From the NCBI GenBank assembly GCA_963801165.1, contig CAWDDT010000009.1, positions 256,001-320,000 on the forward strand: a stretch of DNA of 64,000 nucleotides, written 5' to 3'. The notes under the pieces are model-generated. The model saw nothing but the letters and a program-made list of their open reading frames with translations, ran no database searches and had not been told where the DNA came from. Position numbers and translations under genes: made by a program. Positions 57,092 to 64,000 of the stretch are shown in pieces (position 1 is the first letter of the stretch; each line of letters opens with the position of its first letter). The DNA is from an uncultured bacterium. Lineage in GTDB: Bacteria; Actinomycetota; Acidimicrobiia; Spongiisociales; UBA5794.

Positions 57092-58969
57092 CGGTTCTCC
57101 GCCTGATTTGTGAGGCGTCTTCAGGGGAAGCCTGATCACGAAGACGGCACCCGGATTTCCGCTCTCGATCCTGACTTCTCCCTGGTGCTTGTCGACGATG
57201 ACCGACCGGGCGATCGACAGACCCTGCCCGGAGCCCTTGCCGACGTCCTTCGTGGTGAAGAAGGGATCGAAGATCCTGTCCGCTATCTCCGGAGGAACGC
57301 CCGGTCCGTTGTCGGCCACGCGGATTTCCACGTACTCGCCATCCTGCCGGCTGGATACGCGGATGCGCCCCTTGCCGGCGTCGTCGCTGCGGTGCTCGCC
57401 GATGGCTTGTGCGCTGTTGACGATCATGACGAGCAGGGTCTGACCGAGCGGTCCAGGGAGACCTTGAATCAGTGGGAGGTCCTTGTCGAGATCGAGCTTC
57501 AGTTCGGCCACGTACTTCCATTCGTTGCGTGACACCTGGGCCGTGGTGCGGATGACACGATTGATATCGACCGATGTCTTGGTGTCGGAGCCGGGATGGG
57601 CGAATTCCTTCATCGCTCGCACGATCTCGGCCACGCGGTTTGCGCCATCCAGGGTCTCCTCAATCGCGACCGGTACCTCCTCCATCAGGAACTCGAGGTC
57701 CTTCTCCTGCCAGAGCTCGGTCATCTTCCGGACCTCGTCGAGGTACAGGCCGTCCTGCTCGACCTTTTCGAGGAACTCTTCCGCACCGGCGACGACTTCC
57801 CGGAAGGACTCGACCGCGTCCTTGATGAACGTCGTGTTGTCGGACACAAACTGGATGGGGGTGTTGATCTCATGGGCGATGCCCGCCGCGAGTGAGCCGA
57901 TTGCCTCCAGCTTCTGGGCCGAGAGCAGCTTGGTCTGGGTTCGCTTGAGCGCCTCGTGCGCCTCCTGCAACGAGTCGCGGCTTCGCCGGATCTCCTCGTA
58001 TAGAGCGGCATTGCGGATAGCGACCGCTGCCTGTGCTGCAGCCATGCGAACTAGTGAACGATCGAGGTCGTTGAAGCGGCGGGCATCAGGTCCGTTAGTG
58101 GCCAGTACCGCTCCCAGCGCGGTGTCGTCAACGACGATGGGCGCTTCCACGATGGACGCTTCCACGATGGACGCTTCCACGATGGGCGCTTCCACGATGG
58201 ACGAACCGCTCTCGGTGCGAGCCAGTGTGGCCTCGTGGTGTGATTCGAGCACGGCCCCCGCATCGATCAGGCCCCGAGCAGCACGTGTGACAGGCTCGCC
58301 CGTCTCCTCGTCGAACATCACGATGACACAGGCATCGGCGTCGATCAGAGAGATCGTCGATTCCACCAGCAATTGGAGGATCGCGTCCACGTCCAGGATG
58401 GCGGCTATTCCCCGGCCCACGTCGATCAAGGTCTCGAGCTGCTCGACATGCTTCTGCATCTCCCTTTCCGAAGCGACATGCTCGCTGACGTCGCGGATGA
58501 GCACGACCACCTGCGAATAGTCCGGCTCCCCATCGGTCACCGGGGCCGCCCAGTCGAGCTGGCATTCGATGTCGGCTCCCCCGAGATCGATGCCCGACAT
58601 CTCGACGTGGAGATGACTCTCACGGTTCCACACCGCCATTATCTGGTCGACGAGAGAACCAAGAGCACCCTCGTTCAGCAGTTCACCCGGAATCTTGCCC
58701 AGCAGCTGCGCCGGATCGTCGGACCCGACGAAATCGGCGGCATGCCGGTTCACATCGACCACGACGACGCTGGAGACGACGGTTCGCAACAGATCCAGGT
58801 CCGCTTCGAGCTCGGCACGGAGGTCGGTAACACCGGCGGCACGGCGGGTTTCACACAATGCGGCTACCCCACTCCAGTCCTCGAGCCAGATCGGTGCAGG
58901 GGCGATCTCGAGTAACACCCGGTCGTTGGGGCTGAGGCTGGAGGGTTTCGACTCTCGAATAGCGACCAA
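57077..58969 (-). CDS. cytoplasmic NtrB-like sensor histidine kinase (PAS-like + GAF + HisKA + HATPase)
   Basis: [36 protein letters not shown]; GAF end [12 protein letters not shown]. Confidence 0.9.
   Translation of the reverse strand: MVAIRESKPSSLSPNDRVLLEIAPAPIWLEDWSGVAALCETRRAAGVTDLRAELEADLDLLRTVVSSVVVVDVNRHAADFVGSDDPAQLLGKIPGELLNEGALGSLVDQIMAVWNRESHLHVEMSGIDLGGADIECQLDWAAPVTDGEPDYSQVVVLIRDVSEHVASEREMQKHVEQLETLIDVGRGIAAILDVDAILQLLVESTISLIDADACVIVMFDEETGEPVTRAARGLIDAGAVLESHHEATLARTESGSSIVEAPIVEASIVEASIVEAPIVVDDTALGAVLATNGPDARRFNDLDRSLVRMAAAQAAVAIRNAALYEEIRRSRDSLQEAHEALKRTQTKLLSAQKLEAIGSLAAGIAHEINTPIQFVSDNTTFIKDAVESFREVVAGAEEFLEKVEQDGLYLDEVRKMTELWQEKDLEFLMEEVPVAIEETLDGANRVAEIVRAMKEFAHPGSDTKTSVDINRVIRTTAQVSRNEWKYVAELKLDLDKDLPLIQGLPGPLGQTLLVMIVNSAQAIGEHRSDDAGKGRIRVSSRQDGEYVEIRVADNGPGVPPEIADRIFDPFFTTKDVGKGSGQGLSIARSVIVDKHQGEVRIESGNPGAVFVIRLPLKTPHKSGGEPSSDE
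58134..58203. repeat. 15-bp in-frame tandem repeat (about 4.7 copies)
   Basis: ACGATGG(A/G)CGCTTCC units encoding [10 protein letters not shown] on the minus strand. Confidence 0.9.
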
Positions 58970-59137
58970 GACGCGTCTCCTCGCGGTCTATGTACACCCG
59001 TCGGCGACGACGCCTGAGCGATAAGCGACCGGGCTGGTGAGATGTTGCAGAACGGTGGGAATGACGCGGTCGGGCCGTGCGTTGCACCGGCGACAACAAC
59101 GTGCGTGACACTTGCGCGCTATCTACGCTGGGCCGAT

Positions 59138-59515
59138 ATGGAACTCGACCGGATACTCATCAAGGACCTGAGCGTCTCAGGGATCCTCGGCATAAATCCC
59201 GAGGAACGGGTCACCGAGCAGGAGATCCTGGTGAACGCGGTGCTCTGGACCGACACCAGCGGGGCCGCTCGCAGCGACGACATCGATGACGCCGTCAACT
59301 ACAGAACCGTCACCAAGGCGCTGATCGACCACATCCGCCGTGGTGAGCCGAAGCTGGTCGAGCGGCTGGTTCAGGAGCTGGTCGACGTCTGCTTCGCCAC
59401 GGAGCCGCACATAGCTCAGGTCGAGATGACCGTCGAGAAGCCAGGGGCGCTGCGTTACGCCCGATCCGTTGGCGTTTCGATAACCCGCCGGAGGCAACCG
59501 GCATCGGAGGAGTAG
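59138..59515 (+). CDS. folB: dihydroneopterin aldolase
   Basis: [33 protein letters not shown]. Confidence 0.88.
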   Translation: MELDRILIKDLSVSGILGINPEERVTEQEILVNAVLWTDTSGAARSDDIDDAVNYRTVTKALIDHIRRGEPKLVERLVQELVDVCFATEPHIAQVEMTVEKPGALRYARSVGVSITRRRQPASEE

Positions 59516-59519
59516 CAGG

Positions 59520-60662
59520 ATGGGTACAGAAGGGTCTGTCGAGACAGTCATCTCGCTCGGTTCGAGTATCGAGAAGGAGCGCCATCTTCCTGAGGCGATC
59601 CGGTTGCTGCGGCGTCACCGTCGCATCGAGGTGACCAACGTGAGTCGTTTCTTCGAGAGCGCCGCCGTCGGCGGGCCACCCGATGCCCCCGACTTCTTCA
59701 ATGCGGCCGTTGTTGCCCGCACCGACCTCACCCCAACCGAGCTGCGCGCCGAGCTCCGTCACATCGAGGACGTGTTGGGCCGCAAGCGCACCGACGACAA
59801 GTCCGCACCACGAACCATCGATCTCGACATTGCCTACTACGGCGATCTCGTCGCCAAGTTCGACGACTGGGAGTTGCCCGACCCGGCTGCGGCGGCGGTG
59901 CCACATGTTGTCATCCCGATCGCCGATGTCGCTCCCGACTGGGTCGATCCGCGGACCCACAGGACGGTGTACCAGCTCATGAGAGCCTTGAGCGACGGCG
60001 GCGGCGACCGGGTTCGTCCGGCAGCGGCGATCCGGCTGGCACACCCGTACGAATCGCGTGGGCCTGAGGACTTCGACCTGGCAGGCGATGTATACGCACC
60101 GCAACTCGAAGCGCTGGTGCGGGCCCAACTCCTGGAGCTGGGGGAGAACCCGGATCGCGAAGGGCTCGTCCGCACGCCGCTCAGGGTCGCCCAGGCGCTC
60201 GACTTCCTGACCAACGGCTATGCGACCTCGCTCGAGGAGGTGGTCAACGGAGCAGTCTTCAGCGCCGAAGGCGCCGACGAGATGGTGCTGGTGAGGGATA
60301 TCGAGTTCTACTCGATGTGCGAGCACCACATGCTCCCGTTCTTCGGCAAGGCGGCCGTTGCCTACATCCCGAAGGGCAAGATCATCGGTCTCTCCAAGGT
60401 CGCCCGAATCGTCGATCTATATGCTCGCCGGTTCCAGGTCCAGGAGCGGATGACCAACCAGATCGCCGACGCCCTGTGGGACGTGCTCGAGCCGCTCGGT
60501 GTCGGTGTCGTGATCGAGGGCCAGCACCTGTGCATGATGATGCGGGGGGTGCAAAAGCAGGACAGCTCGACGGTGACGAGTGCCATGAGGGGAACGTTCA
60601 AGAAGGATCCCCGCACCAGAGCCGAGTTCCTCGATCTGGCCACAACCGGCACTCACCGTTAG
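59520..60662 (+). CDS. fusion of HPPK (FolK) and GTP cyclohydrolase I (FolE)
   Basis: N-terminal [19 protein letters not shown]; C-terminal [44 protein letters not shown]. One uninterrupted ORF. Confidence 0.9.
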   Translation: MGTEGSVETVISLGSSIEKERHLPEAIRLLRRHRRIEVTNVSRFFESAAVGGPPDAPDFFNAAVVARTDLTPTELRAELRHIEDVLGRKRTDDKSAPRTIDLDIAYYGDLVAKFDDWELPDPAAAAVPHVVIPIADVAPDWVDPRTHRTVYQLMRALSDGGGDRVRPAAAIRLAHPYESRGPEDFDLAGDVYAPQLEALVRAQLLELGENPDREGLVRTPLRVAQALDFLTNGYATSLEEVVNGAVFSAEGADEMVLVRDIEFYSMCEHHMLPFFGKAAVAYIPKGKIIGLSKVARIVDLYARRFQVQERMTNQIADALWDVLEPLGVGVVIEGQHLCMMMRGVQKQDSSTVTSAMRGTFKKDPRTRAEFLDLATTGTHR

Positions 60663-60720
60663 CTGGATGGCGTCACCGACGCCATCCAGGGTGCGTGTTA
60701 CTGGGTAATCTCATGGTGCA

Positions 60721-61725
60721 ATGACTCTTGTAGACACCCGCGGCCGTACCCTGCGCGATCTTCGCATCTCGATCACCGATCGATGCAACTTCCGCTGCCG
60801 GTACTGCATGCCAAAAGAGATCTTCAACCGCGAGTACGAGTTCCTGAAACGGGAGCTTTTGCTCTCCTTCGAGGAGATCACCAGGCTCACCACGGTCTTT
60901 CATTCCCAGGGCGTGGAGAAGGTTCGCATCACCGGTGGCGAACCGCTTCTACGCAATGGTGTAGAAGAGCTGGTCGGGAAACTCGCCGGGATAGGGCTCG
61001 ACGACCTCACGCTCACCACGAACGGCTCGCTGCTGGCCCGCAAGGCCGAGGCGCTGGCCGAGGCGGGTCTCGGCAGGGTGACGGTGAGCCTCGATTCAAT
61101 GGACCCGGAGGTCTTCGGGGCGATGAACGATGTCGACTTCCCGGTGTCGCGGGTGCTCGCCGGCATCGACGCCGCCGCTGCAGCAGGGCTCACGCCGGTG
61201 AAGGTGAACATGGTGGTGAAACGGGGGGTCAATGCGGACGGAGTGCTGGCAATGGCCGAGCATTTCCGAGGAACCGGGCACATAGTCCGCTTCATCGAGT
61301 TCATGGACGTCGGCACGTCCAACGGATGGCGTCTCGACGACGTGGTGCCTGCCCAAGAGATCCTGAAGACGATCGCGGCCCGGTATCCGATCGAGCCGGT
61401 CGATGCCAACTATGAAGGAGAGGTTGCCGGCCGGTGGCGTTACAAGGACGGTGCCGGGGAGATCGGGGTGATCAGCTCGATATCGAAGCCCTTCTGTGGC
61501 GGCTGCACCCGAGCGCGGCTGTCGGCCGAGGGTGTGCTGTACACGTGTCTGTTTGCCACCGGCGGCATCGACTTCCGGGCGCCGCTGCGCTCGGGTGCCA
61601 CCGATGACGACCTCGTCGAGATGATCAGCGACATCTGGAAGCGGCGCACCGACCGCTACAGCGAGCTGCGTTCGGCGGCCACCCTCGACATGCCCAAGGT
61701 GGAGATGAGCTACATCGGCGGTTGA
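60721..61725 (+). CDS. moaA: GTP 3',8-cyclase (molybdenum cofactor biosynthesis)
   Basis: LRISITDRCNFRCRYCM, FCGGCTRARLS..G.LYTCL, C-terminal MSYIGG. Confidence 0.95.
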   Translation: MTLVDTRGRTLRDLRISITDRCNFRCRYCMPKEIFNREYEFLKRELLLSFEEITRLTTVFHSQGVEKVRITGGEPLLRNGVEELVGKLAGIGLDDLTLTTNGSLLARKAEALAEAGLGRVTVSLDSMDPEVFGAMNDVDFPVSRVLAGIDAAAAAGLTPVKVNMVVKRGVNADGVLAMAEHFRGTGHIVRFIEFMDVGTSNGWRLDDVVPAQEILKTIAARYPIEPVDANYEGEVAGRWRYKDGAGEIGVISSISKPFCGGCTRARLSAEGVLYTCLFATGGIDFRAPLRSGATDDDLVEMISDIWKRRTDRYSELRSAATLDMPKVEMSYIGG

Positions 61726-61765
61726 ACATATTGAATCGGCCGGTCCGGTTCCGTACGTTCGAGCC

Positions 61766-62416
61766 ATGACCGATCACACCGACTTCGAAGAGCTCGAGCA
61801 AATCCCCTGGGCGTCGCTCGCTGCTCAGACGCCCGACCCCAGGGCTCGCTACCTGAGTATCGCCGCATTGGCCGTTGTCCTCCTGGCTGCCGCTGCGTGG
61901 CTGACCTTGCGGGGCGGGGGAGCACCCGCCGCGGCGGCCCTTCCGGCCACCACCACCACCACCACCACGGCGCCGGCGGCGGTCCCTGCCACCGTCGCTG
62001 AGACGACCACGACGGAGCCGGTTGTCTACTCAGAGGCCGACCTCATGTCCATCGACATCGGCGACGAGGAACGGCTCGCCGTGGCCCAGGCCGAGTGGCT
62101 GGTGCGCGACTATCTCACGGTCGACGGTGATCCCGTCGTTGCCGACCGGATCGGTGCGTTGCTGCCCGATGTCGAGCGCGACGATACGGGTACCTATGTG
62201 GAATGGGCAAAGGCGTTTGCGGTGACGTCGGGGGAGCCGGGCCACTACCGGGTCGAGGTGGTCTACCGGATACTCAGCGAGACGGAGGCCGGCTTTGTCA
62301 GGCAGCCTGCGGCCGCGCTCGCAGTCGATCTGAGCATCGACGTCGATGGTACGGCCCGTCTCGAGGTACCCCCGGAAGAGATCCCGGTGCCGGTGCTAGA
62401 GGGCCTGGAGGGGTAG
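61766..62416 (+). CDS. hypothetical single-TM protein with a Thr/Ala-rich linker
   Basis: One TM helix and poly-Thr; plausible codon usage. Confidence 0.6.
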   Translation: MTDHTDFEELEQIPWASLAAQTPDPRARYLSIAALAVVLLAAAAWLTLRGGGAPAAAALPATTTTTTTAPAAVPATVAETTTTEPVVYSEADLMSIDIGDEERLAVAQAEWLVRDYLTVDGDPVVADRIGALLPDVERDDTGTYVEWAKAFAVTSGEPGHYRVEVVYRILSETEAGFVRQPAAALAVDLSIDVDGTARLEVPPEEIPVPVLEGLEG

Positions 62417-62500
62417 CACCGTCTCTACAGCCGAGCCGAAGTCCGCAGAGACGTTCGTCGCATGGACGCCACGAGGTTTGGCACCTGTTTGAATGCGTGG

Positions 62501-63397
62501 ATGAATCGTGGGATTGCGCTCGGAGTCGGCGCCTATCTGTGTTGGGGCGTTCTGCCGATCTATTGGAAGGCGCTCGATTCTGTCGGTGCTGCCGAGATCC
62601 TGGCGCACCGGTTCGTATGGTCGATCGTCTTCCTGACCCTGGTGCTCACCGCCCGCAAGAGCTGGTCGCGGATAGCTGCCCTCCCGCCGCGGGTGATAGG
62701 AAGACTGCTGCTTGCCGGGCTACTCCTCGCCGTCAACTGGGGGACGTACATCTGGGCGGTAAACAACGGGCACATCGTCGAGGCGAGTCTCGGCTACTTC
62801 ATCAACCCGCTTCTCAACGTGGTGCTCGGCGTGGTCATCCTGCGGGAGCGGCTCGACCCGGGCCAGTGGGCAGCTGTTGCGATTGCTACCGCCGGCGTCG
62901 GCTACATGACCATCGAAGTCGGCTCGCTTCCCTGGATCGCCCTCGTGCTTGCGGGTTCCTTTGCTCTCTACGCTCTCTGGAAGAAACAGCTCGTAGGCGT
63001 GGGGCCGATAGAGAGCCTCACCGTCGAGATCTCGGTGATCTTCGTCCCGGCGCTCGGGTTTCTCATTGCCAGGGGTGTCACAGGAACAGGGTCCTTCATA
63101 GCCGATGGGTCGAAGACAACGCTGCTGCTGGCTCTCACCGGCGTTGCCACCGCGGTGCCTCTGATGCTCTTTGGTGCCGCCGCGCAACGCATCAAGTTGT
63201 CGACCGTGGGGATCCTCCAATACATCGCCCCGTCTCTGCAATTCCTGATCGGCGTGTTCATCTACAACGAGGAGGTCACCGGGCACCAGTTGGTCGGTTT
63301 CATCCTGGTGTGGATTGCCCTCGCCGTTTTCACCGGCCACGGCTTGCTCCGCTCCCGGCATCAGAATGTGGGTTCGCTCGTCGTGGGCGAGCTGTAG
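62501..63397 (+). CDS. rarD: RarD family EamA transporter
   Basis: EILAHRFVWS, NWGTYIWAVNNG..EASLGYFINPL, GILQYIAP. Confidence 0.9.
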   Translation: MNRGIALGVGAYLCWGVLPIYWKALDSVGAAEILAHRFVWSIVFLTLVLTARKSWSRIAALPPRVIGRLLLAGLLLAVNWGTYIWAVNNGHIVEASLGYFINPLLNVVLGVVILRERLDPGQWAAVAIATAGVGYMTIEVGSLPWIALVLAGSFALYALWKKQLVGVGPIESLTVEISVIFVPALGFLIARGVTGTGSFIADGSKTTLLLALTGVATAVPLMLFGAAAQRIKLSTVGILQYIAPSLQFLIGVFIYNEEVTGHQLVGFILVWIALAVFTGHGLLRSRHQNVGSLVVGEL

Positions 63398-63424
63398 GCT
63401 GTGGCTCGTCGAGCCGAGGCACCG

Positions 63425-63436
63425 ATGCGCAAGTAA
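63425..63436 (+). promoter_or_regulatory. candidate 3-codon uORF (MRK*) in the ABC-F leader
   Basis: GAGG-CACCG-ATG CGC AAG TAA, ending 51 nt upstream of the ABC-F start. Confidence 0.4.
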
Positions 63437-63487
63437 CCCCAGAAGCATCCGCGACGTCTTTGTGCGTCCCCTCTCCTGGAGTTACCA

Positions 63488-64000
63488 ATGCCCGCTGTGC
63501 ACCTTCGCGATCTCTGTTTTCGTTACACATCCGACGTTCCCGTCATAATCGACGCGGCCTTCTCCCTCGGTGCCGGTTGGACCGGCGTCGTCGGCGCCAA
63601 CGGTGCCGGCAAGACCACGCTGCTACGCCTGATCGAAGGGTCGCTCTCTGCGACCGCGGGCACCGTCATCCTCGATCCGAGCGACGGCGTTGTCGTCCAT
63701 TGCCCGCAGACGGCAGACACGATCGATGGGAACATCTCGGCTCTCTCGGAGGCGCGGGATGGCGCCGCCCGTGCGCTGCTCGGCAAGTTGGATCTGGATC
63801 GCTCCGACCTCGATCGCTGGCCCAGCCTGTCGCCGGGGGAGAAGAAGCGCTGGCAGATTGCCGGTGCTCTCCACCGCAATCCCGACATGTTGTTGCTCGA
63901 TGAGCCGACCAACCATCTCGACGCTGCCGCCCGGCACCTGTTGCTCGCTGCATTGCGGCCGTATCGCGGGGTGGGGCTGGTGGTGTCTCACGATCGCACG
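63488..64000 (+). CDS. ABC-F family ATP-binding protein, partial (runs off the window)
   Basis: Manual translation: MPAVHLRDL...GVVGANGAGKTTLL...LSPGEKKR...LLLDEPTNHLD...VVSHDR. Confidence 0.88.
   Translation, partial: MPAVHLRDLCFRYTSDVPVIIDAAFSLGAGWTGVVGANGAGKTTLLRLIEGSLSATAGTVILDPSDGVVVHCPQTADTIDGNISALSEARDGAARALLGKLDLDRSDLDRWPSLSPGEKKRWQIAGALHRNPDMLLLDEPTNHLDAAARHLLLAALRPYRGVGLVVSHDRT

Noticed and set aside
58134-58203. CRISPR array
   Set aside because: The 15-bp units are contiguous, have no spacers, lie inside a CDS, and no cas genes are present.

Overview
High-GC window that looks actinobacterial, probably Acidimicrobiia-like, inferred from gene families (MDMPI, MSMEG_4193/DUF3090/SCO1664, DUF222-HNH) and an actinobacterial-type LexA box. 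It holds about 60 CDS. I found no rRNA, no complete tRNA and no CRISPR array. Highlights: (1) a ~15 kb SorC/LsrR-type regulon (41.2-56.2 kb) with a sugar ABC importer, MtnK, two MtnA paralogues, an aldolase/SDR fusion, an LsrF-like enzyme, a muconolactone-isomerase-like protein, a split transketolase with altered catalytic motifs, a form IV RuBisCO-like protein and RbsD. It is a candidate undescribed route for catabolising methylthioribose or 5-deoxyribose, and matching operator palindromes sit at both ends. (2) A ~750 nt 'intergenic' stretch (6146-6886, minus strand) that reads as a transcription unit: promoter with a palindromic operator, three small ORFs with GAAAGGAG ribosome-binding sites, terminators, and a 50-nt tRNA-Ala/tmRNA-like mini-structure with competing pairings. 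(3) Two copies of a ~97 bp inverted-repeat element with covarying ends; the same end motif borders a LexA-box-bearing DUF222/HNH cassette flanked by CTAG. (4) A FolK-FolE fusion, a 3-codon uORF before an ABC-F gene, and a 15-bp tandem repeat inside a sensor kinase. Three genes carry apparent single-base frameshifts, most likely assembly errors. All functional calls come from reading motifs by eye; no searches were run.
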